This document shows positions 11,921 through 22,101 of a stretch of DNA of 64,000 bases, piece after piece. The stretch comes from a virus (Duplodnaviria > Caudoviricetes), in the IMG/VR virus record IMGVR_UViG_3300028833_000073, positions 64,001-128,000 of that record; one strand, given 5' to 3'. Both the position numbers and the translations under genes were made by a program. The first letter of the stretch is position 1. Every line of letters starts with the position of its first letter. Below the pieces are notes generated by a model. It made no database searches and was not told the origin of the DNA. It was given only the letters and a program-made list of their open reading frames with translations.

Positions 11921-11992
11921 TTCTTATACCTCCTTATAGAGGGGTTAAAAGAGAGAGCCGAAGCTCTCTCTTTGGCTTCTTTACTAAGGAGT

Positions 11993-12529
11993 TTACCTCT
12001 TCTTGGGAATCCAAGGAGGACAAGGAGAGGAGGCTTTGATACCAGAGTATCCATCAACCCATACTTCTCCAGCTCCCATAATATTACTACCATCGTCATT
12101 TTGACCAATCTTAGTCGGATAACGACGCATACCAGGCTCATAGTCCTTACGGATGAAGGAGACATTTGCATCTTCACGACCACCAAGACGGAACTTACGT
12201 CCAGTGGAAGTATATGCATACAAGAACTCCTTAGTCATATCGACCATAGTAGCTGCATGAGCTTTCTTGAACTCATACTTATCTACTAGAGCCTCTGCCT
12301 CTTCAGCATTCATCTTCGTAGTACCAGCTACGACATCAGATACCATACCACGGAATTCACGGCCAGGTGCAAAAGTACCAGTGATTCCATTACGGCTATA
12401 GATATCTACCTCATAGTCACGATCATTCATCATAGCTTGCATTACAGCTACTTCATCACGAACAGATGCAGAGTGCTGCTTCACATTTGCCTTGATGTCA
12501 TTGATTGTGTCTTTCAAATTCTGACTCAT
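11993..12529 (-). CDS. Hypothetical phage protein with high-expression-like codon bias
   Basis: ATG 12529 (MSQNLK) after RBS GAAAGGATG; CGT/GGT codon bias; hairpin AGAGAGAGC-CGAA-GCTCTCTCT downstream. Confidence 0.8.
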   Translation of the reverse strand: MSQNLKDTINDIKANVKQHSASVRDEVAVMQAMMNDRDYEVDIYSRNGITGTFAPGREFRGMVSDVVAGTTKMNAEEAEALVDKYEFKKAHAATMVDMTKEFLYAYTSTGRKFRLGGREDANVSFIRKDYEPGMRRYPTKIGQNDDGSNIMGAGEVWVDGYSGIKASSPCPPWIPKKR

Positions 12530-12568
12530 TCTGATCATCCTTTCAAAATAGTTAAATCATGACGATTT

Positions 12569-12739
12569 TTATATAGATATTGGATTACGTATAGAATCTG
12601 ATCTAAGGTAATCCATATCAATATACCATGGGACATTATAACACTTAGGTTCCTTCTTCTTACCATGAACCTTTATGTATTCATTAAGTTCATCATGTGT
12701 CATTTCTGATAACTTCTTAATGAAATCTTCTCTATCCAT
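12569..12739 (-). CDS. Small hypothetical protein (56 aa, MDREDFIKKLSEMTHDELNEYIKVHGKKKEPKCYNVPWYID...)
   Basis: Below the ORF-track cutoff; RBS GAAAGGATTG; co-oriented with the downstream gene. Confidence 0.7.
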   Translation of the reverse strand: MDREDFIKKLSEMTHDELNEYIKVHGKKKEPKCYNVPWYIDMDYLRSDSIRNPISI

Positions 12740-12806
12740 ATCAAATCAATCCTTTCAGAAGGATCTATTTCTAATCTTATGTATATGGCTGTATAAAAAT
12801 ATATCT

Positions 12807-12845
12807 AACCAAACCAAAAAATAGGCATATATTATAGTTGTGCCG
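12807..12845 (+). promoter_or_regulatory. Early-type promoter (ACCAAA...AAAATAGGCATATATTATA)
   Basis: The same motif recurs before gene clusters at about 24045, 28542, 32106, 32488 and 35454 (+) and 58470 and 60958 (-). Confidence 0.7.
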
Positions 12846-12883
12846 TATAGATAGTAATGTGTTTTAAGAAAGGAAGATTTATA

Positions 12884-13150
12884 ATGGATGCAGAAGAATT
12901 GAAAAGGAATATTGATAAGGCTGTTGTTGATGTAGGTATTGTTGCTATGATACAAGTCGGAATCAAAGAAGCCAATACCTATATTGATGGTGTTCTTAAT
13001 GTTATTAACTCCGCTGGTGCTGATTCTAATATTGACGTTATTAATGATCACTATCGTGACCTTCTTGAAATCTCTAATAAGCTCAAGATTATTAATAGGG
13101 AAATCACTTTGAAGTACGACATAAAGCTTGGAGAGGATGAGAAAGAATGA
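12884..13150 (+). CDS. Hypothetical early protein
   Basis: ATG 12884 after RBS AGAAAGGA. Confidence 0.7.
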   Translation: MDAEELKRNIDKAVVDVGIVAMIQVGIKEANTYIDGVLNVINSAGADSNIDVINDHYRDLLEISNKLKIINREITLKYDIKLGEDEKE

Positions 13151-13605
13151 CACCATATCATATCACTCAGGTTGAAGCTAGGTTCGATAAAGAAACAGAA
13201 CAGTTCTATATCAAGAATATAAAGAATTTAGGTGATATAGACTTAGATGGTGAAAGTATGAAAGATTTCGCTATCTATCTTGATAAGCACAAAGACGAGA
13301 TGATCGAATTAATACCAGAGATTTATGAAAAGAAGTTCTATGAAGTAAATCCAATATTCGATGATTATGGTTCGACTACTAACTTCGTATCAGTTTTGTT
13401 GGAGTCATATACACATAATGAAACAACCAGTAAGATGAACATTGTGTTTGGACGGATTATTATTGTCTCTAAGGATTTTCCTAATCTTGACAATAATACT
13501 ATCATTCAATACTTGTCTCTTAGATCACTTAATTCAGTATATATTACTCTTAATAACAAAATAAAGCTTTTCAATGAGATGGAATATGATTTAGGCATGT
13601 ATTGA
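13147..13605 (+). CDS. Hypothetical protein
   Basis: 152 aa; ATGA overlap with the upstream gene. Confidence 0.7.
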   Translation: MTPYHITQVEARFDKETEQFYIKNIKNLGDIDLDGESMKDFAIYLDKHKDEMIELIPEIYEKKFYEVNPIFDDYGSTTNFVSVLLESYTHNETTSKMNIVFGRIIIVSKDFPNLDNNTIIQYLSLRSLNSVYITLNNKIKLFNEMEYDLGMY

Positions 13606-13628
13606 TTACTATGGAAGGATGAGCAATA

Positions 13629-13886
13629 ATGGCTAAATTAACAGATGAGGGTGCAGACAAATTAGCCAATGCAATCTATATGTTGTGTGATAAGATAGAT
13701 GACTTAACAGATGATACCCTTATTAATCTTGCTGATTCGCTTGATACTTTTTCAAGAGTACTTGAACACCACAATACTATACTCTCTGAAGGAGAATATA
13801 ATAATGAGTCTTTTTGTAAGACACTTAGTGACTTAAGTTCAAACATTGCCAATCTTACTTCTGAATTAAAAGGGATACCAAGATAA
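13629..13886 (+). CDS. Hypothetical protein
   Basis: 85 aa; RBS GGAAGGATG. Confidence 0.7.
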   Translation: MAKLTDEGADKLANAIYMLCDKIDDLTDDTLINLADSLDTFSRVLEHHNTILSEGEYNNESFCKTLSDLSSNIANLTSELKGIPR

Positions 13887-13959
13887 CTAAACTGGGCTAT
13901 ATATGATAGAGTACTTTTATGGTACTCTACTCTTTTATCTAAAGAAAGGATGAGTAATA

Positions 13960-14475
13960 ATGAATGAGTTTACGTATAATGTAATTAACTTTAATATCAA
14001 CAGTAGGCCAAGTTGTTATAACATTGGTTGCAATATTATTGGTTGTAACAAAGTTACTGATGACTATATTGTACACAATATCATTAATTATCCACGTATT
14101 GATTGTGAAAGTGATATTGTTTCCATTCTTAATAGGTTTAAGAACACAATCACAAGTACTTTGCAAGAACATATTCATTGGAGGTATAATGAAGAAGCTG
14201 AAAAAGTATACGATAAAACAGAAATAAAGGTTATTGAACTTAATGAAATAACTGGAAAGAGTGTGTTTATCTACTTGCCTCCGACTGAAGATGATGAAAA
14301 CAAAGTGGCGCTTATGATAAAGATAACTAGCACTGGCACTATCTATAGCATGGAAGAACTCAGCCTTGTTCTGCATATGTTAGATACAAAGCTTGTTAGG
14401 TATACACCGATTAGATTTAAATCAGATGGTACTATCTACTTCGATGGAATGATCGAAAATGAGAATGATAACTAA
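13960..14475 (+). CDS. Hypothetical protein
   Basis: 171 aa; RBS AGAAAGGATG. Confidence 0.7.
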   Translation: MNEFTYNVINFNINSRPSCYNIGCNIIGCNKVTDDYIVHNIINYPRIDCESDIVSILNRFKNTITSTLQEHIHWRYNEEAEKVYDKTEIKVIELNEITGKSVFIYLPPTEDDENKVALMIKITSTGTIYSMEELSLVLHMLDTKLVRYTPIRFKSDGTIYFDGMIENENDN

Positions 14476-14647
14476 ATAATATCCATGTGACGGAGGCTAA
14501 CGATACTGGGCTATATAAGAGAGAGTACCTATATGGTACTCTTTTCTTTTTCTATGGTACTAAATGAAAAGTGTAAATTGTTAAAATCTCAAAGATATAT
14601 TATAATTGTGCCGTATAGATAAGTGTCTGAGAAAGGATGTATTTGCT

Positions 14648-14839
14648 ATGAAGGATGCAAGAACAGAAACTTTAAAATTGGTTCTCGGAGAAACCGAAAG
14701 GATATTAAAAAGAGAACTGAATTGGAGAAGAAAGATCTTCCAGGAACTGGTAAAAAGCAACGAAAGAATAAATTCGGCAATTCATGATATCGAGTATTTG
14801 AAGTCTGTAGTTACTCGCATCGAAAACGATGAGGAGTAA
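14648..14839 (+). CDS. Hypothetical coiled-coil early protein
   Basis: ATG 14648 after RBS GAAAGGATG; own early-type promoter at about 14570-14605 and terminator at about 14869. Confidence 0.65.
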   Translation: MKDARTETLKLVLGETERILKRELNWRRKIFQELVKSNERINSAIHDIEYLKSVVTRIENDEE

Positions 14840-14955
14840 TTAATATCCATGTCGGAGATAAAAAGAATGAGGGTACCTATATGGTACTCTTTTCTTTTTT
14901 GTAAATTTAGGTACCTTGAACTCCTATATAAATGCCTAATAAGGAGGTTTGAATA

Positions 14956-17900
14956 ATGTCAGCTATAGTAGATGATCTGAAAAACTATATGCTATACAAT
15001 AAAAAGATATATCTTCCAATTAATGATGATGACCGTAAAAATGGAAGTGCTATCTACTTACTTACTCCAAACTTGAATTCTTCTAAAGATATCTTAGGAG
15101 ATGTATATAATCATACTAAGTATGATGGTGCTATTAACTGGGCTAGCTACTATATGGAAAAGGATATGTCCTTCTATTTCCATACTGAATCTCATAAGAT
15201 GTCTAGACTAAGATCTAATCTTATTCTAGAGGATAGTGAATATACACTTGAGACAAATGTTAAAGGGACATTAAGTGAGTTCAAACGAGTGGAAATAAGT
15301 GAAGAGTTAATAGATCAATATAGTGGAGATTGTGATGATGTAAATGGATTGATTGGTTACTTTCCATGGACTGGTTATCTATATATGAATGAGAATGATC
15401 AGATAGTTGCTGGGTTAAATGTGAATGTAGATGATAGAGATATTCATAAGATCTTTGTGGTCGATGAAGAGAAGTATGGTTATCTATATAAGGATCTAAT
15501 TGCAGAAGCTAGAAAGATGAAAGCTAACTACTGTACCATTAGCAAGAATAATACAAGTGCTATCAAAGCACTTGAAGAATTTGGTTTTACTAAGACTGAA
15601 GACTTAGTAGACAATATAAAGATGCAGTTTAAGATTCCTATCACTGAATCTACTAGAGAGTCTGAAGTTATTGACTTCTTAGAACACTCTACTATGTTTA
15701 GACATATTAAGAACAATATCCAGTTTACTGAGCAGTATAAAGCTTTTAAGAAGCTAGTTATCTACTACTGTGAGTTCTTCAATATTAAGAAAGAGATAGG
15801 TATTCTAGGTGCTATCATTGTCTGTAGTAATAACCTAATCAATCCAGAAGAGTTGAGAGGGAATCTAAAGATTCTTAACTACATGAGTCAAGAAGAGATT
15901 GCTATTGCTTATAAGGCTGCTATGGGAGCATATGAACATAAGTTCATCGGAGAGAATATATATGATAGAATTCTATTTGATGGTTATAGACTCATACACT
16001 TCACAGATATTAATGTCATTATTAGAGATGAAGTCTTAGCTTACTATGATGAGCATAGTATTAATGGAAGATGGGATAATAACTTCCTATACATGAATGA
16101 AGTAGAAGAGATAGTGGAGAATATTAAGAGGAAGCATAGTACTAGTTCACCTAATCATATGATTCTTAATCTCTCTTATAGCTACTATAGGAAAGCTCAT
16201 AAGAAAGTACAATCTGCTATAAATAAGGGATTAACTAATAAAATTATCATTGACTATAGGGTCACTGTAAAAGAATCTGCTGAAGATGATATAGCTGCTA
16301 ATATACTCAATGAAAGTCATATCTCTTTTGGGTATGAGGATGAGAAGTTTACTAACTATGATCCTGATTGGAGATTCAAGTTATTTCCTAACCACAGAGG
16401 ACCTGGATTTGGATTTACTACTAAGACTGACTCTAAGAATCTAAGAGGAATCATTATAAGTTCTGGTACTGAGGTTAAAGGTGTTATAGGTGTAGATGAG
16501 TATAATAATATCATTGAGATGTACTGGACTGATATCAATCCTACTTTCTTACTAATGATTGCAGAACGTAAGTTCTATGCCAATAAAGTAGCTGTACCAA
16601 GGGGATATAAAGTAGCTATAGAAGCTCTTCAAGAATGTTCTAGCTGGTGTGAAGTAGAAAGAGATGAGCATGAAATTCACTTTGATTGTTACTCTCAAGA
16701 GAGGATTCCATATAAAGATATTGGGATTACTAAGAATGTAGCAAATATCTTTAATAGACTATCTTCTACTGACAAGGAGTATCTAGGTAATCAGTATCTT
16801 AACCCAGTATGTATCTCAAGTACTATCTGGAGTAAGGTATTAGAGGATACAGCTCTTGTAGATGTCTATGTACAACCTACTATGCCAAAGATCGGATGGA
16901 TTGATATTGCTGTGGTAGAATCTCAGAGAGGTAAAGGTTATGCTCTACGATTGATAAGAGAAACTCAAGAAGAGATAAAGACTAAGTTCAAAGATATAGA
17001 TGCTCTAGGATGGGTATGTCATAAAGACAATACTGCTTCATATAATCTTGCCACTAAAGCTGGTTTCTATCCATATAAAGAAGTAGAAGACCACAAGTAT
17101 CTTCTATGGACTATCCACAATACAGATATGATTCCTAATACATTCATAGAAGAAACAGAAGAGACTGAATGGACTGTAAAAGGTATAGAAGAATCATCTA
17201 CTATCAATGGTGATGGAGTAATGATGTTCATAGATGAAGATGTATCTAAGGTAATGGATGATGCTAAGTTTGGATCTAAGCTAAAGAAGATTATGTGGGA
17301 AGATAGAATTAGGAATAATAAGCAGGTACTACAGATATATGACTCTGTTAAGAAGGATACTAATGGTGGTATCAAGTACACCTATCTAGATCTTAATCTC
17401 TATAAGGGAAGGAATCTATTTGTTGACTTGTCATTCTATAACATTAGCTTCTTTAACAACTATACTAAGGCTGCTCCGAATGAAAGAGGACTAAATGAGA
17501 TGTACTTTGAGCTAGTATCTAGATTGATCAATGATAAAAGAATCAAGGATAAATATAAGAAAATCAATGTAATCATTCCTATAGAAGATTGGTGTAAAGA
17601 AGATATAAAGAAATATAAGGCTGAAGCTGTTAGAAAGGCAGACTACTGGGAGAATCTTAGTCCAATAGGTTGCTTCTTATTCTATGCAGAGAAGAATCCT
17701 TTAAGACTTCGTCAAGAGTTTAAGAATATTAACTTCATCTTCATTAGTGAGAGTGGTAGTTTCTTTAAGACTAACTTCACTGACTATGATAAGTCTAAAG
17801 ATTTTGTTAAGTTTAGAACTGCTGTACATAGCTTACTTAAGAGAGTCCATATTCCTAAGGATGAGACTTATGATAAGAAAGCTATAGTTCATAGTGTACT

Positions 17901-20900
17901 AGATAAAATGGAGTCTAATGGAGAAAACAAAGTAGTCATCAATAGCATTATAGCTAAACCTGAAGAACCTGGTAGTATTGATATACATGATCCAGCAGAT
18001 ATGAATGAAGAACAAAAGAAGAAAGCAGTTGTAACTAAGATTACTAATGCTGCTGAGAAAAGTAAGAGTCCTGAAGATGTAGTTGACACTATGTCTAAAG
18101 ACAATGAGTATGCCAAGGAATATACTGAAAAACTACTTAAGGATCTAGCTGATAATGAAACAGGGAATGTTAAGCTATCTGCTGCTAGAAGTAAGAGATT
18201 AGATAGTTTGAGTGAGAAGTTCTTATCTCAGAAGGTAGTAGATAATAAAGCTAAGTTTAATGGTACTATGGAGGAGTATATCAACTATAATTCTAATGCG
18301 GAAGAGTTACCTGAGACTGCATTACCTATAGAGAGTATCAATGAAGGATGGAAGCATCTTAAGTTTACTAACTTTGATGCTAGATATAGTGTAAGATCAG
18401 ATATCTATGCTATTCTATACTCATTTGAGAATAAGACTAGTAGGTTATCTATAAGGGATAAGATTGATATTGTAGATACTAGTACTACAGAAGACTGGAA
18501 GGAAACATGGACTGTTCCTTTTGAAGCTGATACAGGTAAGAGATTCAAGTTGAAGTTTGATGTTCCTTTGTTGAAAGATAATAGAAATATGGTATTAGGT
18601 GGTAATGACAAGACTATGAATGGTCAGCTAGTACTACTACCAATATCTAAGACAGATGAAGATACAGCACAGATAGTATCTCTTTACAATAAGATCTTTA
18701 TTAGAAGATATAGTATGGGCAACTGTAAGGCTAATAGGGAAACCGATAGGTTAAATAAAGCAATAGAGATTTTTACTAAAGAGCATCCAAATATTATGAA
18801 AATAACATATGGAGATAGCTCTAAGAGTAATGTGAAGTATGCTCTTCCTTTCGACTATACTGAGCTAGCTAGTATGTACTATAGCATAGAGCTGTATAAG
18901 AATAATAAACTAGAGCTTAAGATACTATTCAATCAAGACCAAGCAAGAAAAGAAGCAGGTCTTAAAGATGATGATACAAGAATGCCATATGGATACACTG
19001 TAAGAAATGGTAAGAAGGAAACTCTATTCTGGTATACTGATGATAGGATGGTATTTGCTAGTCAGGTTGTAGGTGTTATAAGTGGAAGATCAATTGAGTT
19101 TTATGATGTATATAAGAAGATAAAGCCAGGTGCTAAGCATTGCTATAGTAAGGCAAGCATTTTAGGTACTGAGATTCCAGTGATAATCATTATGGCTTAT
19201 TGTGAAGGATTGATAGAAGCTCTTAGAAAAGCTCATATCAACTATATTATCTCTGATAAGAGGGTCAATAGTTATAATGATACTCATGATATGATCAAAT
19301 TCAGTGATGCTTATCTATACTATGAAGATACTTATATTGGATCTATGCTTATGAATGGTATTAAAGATGTAGATACTAAAAGTCACTCTATACAAGAAGT
19401 AGATTCTAAGTCAATGTGGACTGAATTCTTAGATGAATATGGTGGTAGAGCTAAGTCCGATGGTCTTGATAACTTCTATGATCTTATGATGGATCCTATC
19501 ACTATCGAGGTATGTAATGTATATAAGCTTCCTACTGACTTCTGTGAGATGTTAGCTTATGCAAATCTCTTACTATCGACGAATGAGTATATAAAGCATA
19601 CTGATCTTAGTTCTAATAGATATAGAACCAATGAGATGATTGCTGTTCATGCTTATAAATGCTTAGCAAAAGCTTATGCTAATTATAGACTACAGCTTAA
19701 GAAGGAAAGATCTAATGTAGCTATGACTATGAAGCAGTCAGCTATCATTGACTCTATCATGGAAGAATCCATTATGTCAGATCTATCCATAATGAATCCT
19801 AACCTAGAAGCAGAAGCTATCAACTCTGTAGGATTCAAAGGACTTACTGGTATGAACAATGATAGATCTTACTCATTAGACAAGAGAACTTATGACAAGA
19901 GTATGACTAATAAGATTGCTATGTCTACTGGATTTGCTGGTAACGTAGGTGTTAATAGACAGACTACTATAGATATGCAGATATATGGTACTAGAGGATA
20001 TATAAAGAACTCGGATATGAAAGATGCATCTGTTACTAATACTCTTAGCATCACAGAAGCATTAACTCCATTTGGATCTACTAGAGATGACCCATTTAGA
20101 ACTGCTATGACTAATATCCAGACAAGTAAGCATAACATGAGAATCAAAGAGTCCATGCCTATGCTAGTGACATGTGGTGCTGATCAAGCATTACCATATC
20201 TTACAGGAGATACATTCTCGTTTAAAGCTAAGGGTAATGGTAAGGTTATTAAGAAAAATGATGATTATATGGTCGTAGAGTATGATAATAAGACTAGAGA
20301 GATGATAGATCTAAGAGAGAATGTTAAGAAGAACTCTGATGGTGGTTTCTATATCACTGTGAAGCTAGATACTAATCTTAAGAAGGGATCTAGATTCAAA
20401 GAGAAGGATATATTAGCATATGACAAGGTAGTATATAATGACTCAGTAGGTGACGGTAAGAATATAGCTTACTGTGTTGGTGCTTTAGCTAATGTAGCTT
20501 ATCTTAATACTGATGAAGGATTTGAAGATTCTGCTATTATCTCCAATAGATTAGCAGAAGCTTTATCATCTGAAGTAGTAGTAGAAGTTGCTAAGAACTT
20601 ACCTTGCAACACTAACATATTTGATATCGTTAAGAAGGGTACTAAAGTACAAGAAGGTGACACTCTACTCTTATTCCAGTCTCCATTTGAAGAAGAGGAT
20701 GCTAATAGAATCGTCAAGAATCTTGCTATGGATAAGAAAGAAGTATCTGAGCTAGGAAGAATACCATTAAGATCTAAAGTAACTGGTGTAGTACAAGATG
20801 TAAAGCTCTATAGAACAGTAGAACTATCTGAGATGTCTCCTAGTCTTAGGAAGTTGTTCAAGGAATATGAGTCTAAGATAGAAGTAATGAGAAAGGACTC

Positions 20901-21294
20901 TGAAGGAATGCTCAATAAGGTTCCTCTAGAAGCCAACTATAAACTTCCTGCTGTCTCTAAGATGAAGAATCTAGAAGGTAAGGTAAGAATTGAGTTCTAT
21001 ATAAAGTATAATGACAAGATGGGTATCGGAGATAAACTAGTATTCTACTCAGCAGTAAAAGGTGAGACTAAAAATATATTCCCCAGGGGGTTAGAACCCT
21101 ATACAGATGATCGTGGTAGTTCTGAAATTATTGATTCACTTTGTCCATTACCTAGTCTCTTACATCGTATGGTAGCATCAGTTACGATTGTTACTGGTCT
21201 CTATAAGGGTGTAGTAGAATTGACTAGATATATGAAGGAAGCCGTAGGATTAAAATATATTCCATATAATCCAAGAGAAGAAATTAAAAAATAA
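14956..21294 (+). CDS. Virion RNA polymerase beta subunit (unsplit) with N-terminal GNAT-domain insertions
   Basis: C-terminal half has RNAP beta motifs GFAGNVGVNRQ, DDPFRTAMTNIQTSKH, YLNTDEGFEDSAIIS, GDKLVFYSAVKG and IIDSLCPLPSLLHRMVAS. Late-type promoter AACT-CCTATA-TA at about 14919 suggests the virion enzyme. GNAT motif IAVVESQRGKGYA...NTASYNLATKAGF. Confidence 0.9.
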   Translation: MSAIVDDLKNYMLYNKKIYLPINDDDRKNGSAIYLLTPNLNSSKDILGDVYNHTKYDGAINWASYYMEKDMSFYFHTESHKMSRLRSNLILEDSEYTLETNVKGTLSEFKRVEISEELIDQYSGDCDDVNGLIGYFPWTGYLYMNENDQIVAGLNVNVDDRDIHKIFVVDEEKYGYLYKDLIAEARKMKANYCTISKNNTSAIKALEEFGFTKTEDLVDNIKMQFKIPITESTRESEVIDFLEHSTMFRHIKNNIQFTEQYKAFKKLVIYYCEFFNIKKEIGILGAIIVCSNNLINPEELRGNLKILNYMSQEEIAIAYKAAMGAYEHKFIGENIYDRILFDGYRLIHFTDINVIIRDEVLAYYDEHSINGRWDNNFLYMNEVEEIVENIKRKHSTSSPNHMILNLSYSYYRKAHKKVQSAINKGLTNKIIIDYRVTVKESAEDDIAANILNESHISFGYEDEKFTNYDPDWRFKLFPNHRGPGFGFTTKTDSKNLRGIIISSGTEVKGVIGVDEYNNIIEMYWTDINPTFLLMIAERKFYANKVAVPRGYKVAIEALQECSSWCEVERDEHEIHFDCYSQERIPYKDIGITKNVANIFNRLSSTDKEYLGNQYLNPVCISSTIWSKVLEDTALVDVYVQPTMPKIGWIDIAVVESQRGKGYALRLIRETQEEIKTKFKDIDALGWVCHKDNTASYNLATKAGFYPYKEVEDHKYLLWTIHNTDMIPNTFIEETEETEWTVKGIEESSTINGDGVMMFIDEDVSKVMDDAKFGSKLKKIMWEDRIRNNKQVLQIYDSVKKDTNGGIKYTYLDLNLYKGRNLFVDLSFYNISFFNNYTKAAPNERGLNEMYFELVSRLINDKRIKDKYKKINVIIPIEDWCKEDIKKYKAEAVRKADYWENLSPIGCFLFYAEKNPLRLRQEFKNINFIFISESGSFFKTNFTDYDKSKDFVKFRTAVHSLLKRVHIPKDETYDKKAIVHSVLDKMESNGENKVVINSIIAKPEEPGSIDIHDPADMNEEQKKKAVVTKITNAAEKSKSPEDVVDTMSKDNEYAKEYTEKLLKDLADNETGNVKLSAARSKRLDSLSEKFLSQKVVDNKAKFNGTMEEYINYNSNAEELPETALPIESINEGWKHLKFTNFDARYSVRSDIYAILYSFENKTSRLSIRDKIDIVDTSTTEDWKETWTVPFEADTGKRFKLKFDVPLLKDNRNMVLGGNDKTMNGQLVLLPISKTDEDTAQIVSLYNKIFIRRYSMGNCKANRETDRLNKAIEIFTKEHPNIMKITYGDSSKSNVKYALPFDYTELASMYYSIELYKNNKLELKILFNQDQARKEAGLKDDDTRMPYGYTVRNGKKETLFWYTDDRMVFASQVVGVISGRSIEFYDVYKKIKPGAKHCYSKASILGTEIPVIIIMAYCEGLIEALRKAHINYIISDKRVNSYNDTHDMIKFSDAYLYYEDTYIGSMLMNGIKDVDTKSHSIQEVDSKSMWTEFLDEYGGRAKSDGLDNFYDLMMDPITIEVCNVYKLPTDFCEMLAYANLLLSTNEYIKHTDLSSNRYRTNEMIAVHAYKCLAKAYANYRLQLKKERSNVAMTMKQSAIIDSIMEESIMSDLSIMNPNLEAEAINSVGFKGLTGMNNDRSYSLDKRTYDKSMTNKIAMSTGFAGNVGVNRQTTIDMQIYGTRGYIKNSDMKDASVTNTLSITEALTPFGSTRDDPFRTAMTNIQTSKHNMRIKESMPMLVTCGADQALPYLTGDTFSFKAKGNGKVIKKNDDYMVVEYDNKTREMIDLRENVKKNSDGGFYITVKLDTNLKKGSRFKEKDILAYDKVVYNDSVGDGKNIAYCVGALANVAYLNTDEGFEDSAIISNRLAEALSSEVVVEVAKNLPCNTNIFDIVKKGTKVQEGDTLLLFQSPFEEEDANRIVKNLAMDKKEVSELGRIPLRSKVTGVVQDVKLYRTVELSEMSPSLRKLFKEYESKIEVMRKDSEGMLNKVPLEANYKLPAVSKMKNLEGKVRIEFYIKYNDKMGIGDKLVFYSAVKGETKNIFPRGLEPYTDDRGSSEIIDSLCPLPSLLHRMVASVTIVTGLYKGVVELTRYMKEAVGLKYIPYNPREEIKK

Positions 21295-21313
21295 ATGAGT
21301 ATAACATATTAGT

Positions 21314-21550
21314 ATGGTGGAACCAAGTGCCGTAGTGATTGTACACTTTCGCTGGGATACTTTACTTGGAAGGCCATCATACAGATGAGGGAGACAAGAG
21401 GCCGCTTTATAGAGTCGTGAAGCTTGCAAGTGGGAAGACGTGGTACCATCTTTCTTAGGCCTGTAAGGCGGTCTAGTTTCCCGTTTATATCAATTTCTTA
21501 AAACCACGTCAAAATATATCCACTACCAATGGTAGTGGAATTCTATTTTC
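21314..21550 (+). ncRNA. Putative late small RNA 1 (structured)
   Basis: AACA-TATTAG-TA promoter at 21303; stems ATGGTGG/CCATCAT, CCAAGT/ACTTGG and GACGTGGT/ACCACGTC; terminator TCCACTACC-AAT-GGTAGTGGA; no credible ORF. Confidence 0.55.
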
Positions 21551-21566
21551 TTCAATACATTATAGT

Positions 21567-21710
21567 ATGACCATGTTCTTTGCTGGTTGCATTCATTGAG
21601 GGAAGGTGCGGATCCCTTAATGGCTTTTTGCTCATTTGAAAACGCTCTTCTTTTTGTTACACGATATTTATTCCTCTCTTAACGGAGAGGGATAAATATT
21701 TTATTTTTTA
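21567..21710 (+). ncRNA. Putative late small RNA 2
   Basis: TACA-TTATAG-TA promoter at 21556; hairpin CATTGAGGGA/TCCCTTAATG; long terminator hairpin plus T tract. Confidence 0.5.
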
Positions 21711-21730
21711 TATAGATACAACATAAAAAT

Positions 21731-21915
21731 ACCAGAAGTCATGACACTCTTTGAGTGTACACGTTTGCTCATGACAGTATGGTTGGTATTTAGGTTATCC
21801 GGACCTAATACTATGCCTGTGAAAGAAAGTTTGTAGATCCTTTCTTTCCTGGAACGCTTCGTTACAACAGAGAAGACTGGAGGGCGTAACCGCCCTCCCT
21901 CTTCGCTGTCAAAAA
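21731..21915 (+). ncRNA. Putative late small RNA 3
   Basis: AACA-TAAAAA-TA promoter at 21720; four consecutive hairpins (GTCATGA/TCATGAC, GTATTAGG/CCTAATAC, GAAAGAAAG/CTTTCTTTC, GGAGGGCG/CGCCCTCC). Confidence 0.55.
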
Positions 21916-21993
21916 TGTGAATATCTCTGAATTCAGAGATATATTATATATGTAGTAATAGGGTACCTTGTTTAACAACAAGGAGGAATTACC

Positions 21994-22101
21994 ATGAGAT
22001 TCTTTATATATCGTCTAGCAGAAACCACCTGCAAAAACGAATGGATCTTTGACGTAATTAATCATGTAATGTTTGATTTACTTATCACTTGTTTGCGATA
22101 A
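21994..22101 (+). CDS. 35-aa peptide MRFFIYRLAETTCKNEWIFDVINHVMFDLLITCLR inside a structured early transcript
   Basis: RBS AAGGAGG; early-type promoter at about 21916-21950; transcript ends form a perfect 17-bp inverted repeat. Confidence 0.55.
   Translation: MRFFIYRLAETTCKNEWIFDVINHVMFDLLITCLR

Noticed and set aside
21314-21388. 24-codon ORF at the start of sRNA 1
   Set aside because: No RBS, the ATG is sequestered in a stem, and the codons are atypical; treated as non-coding, though leaderless translation is not excluded.
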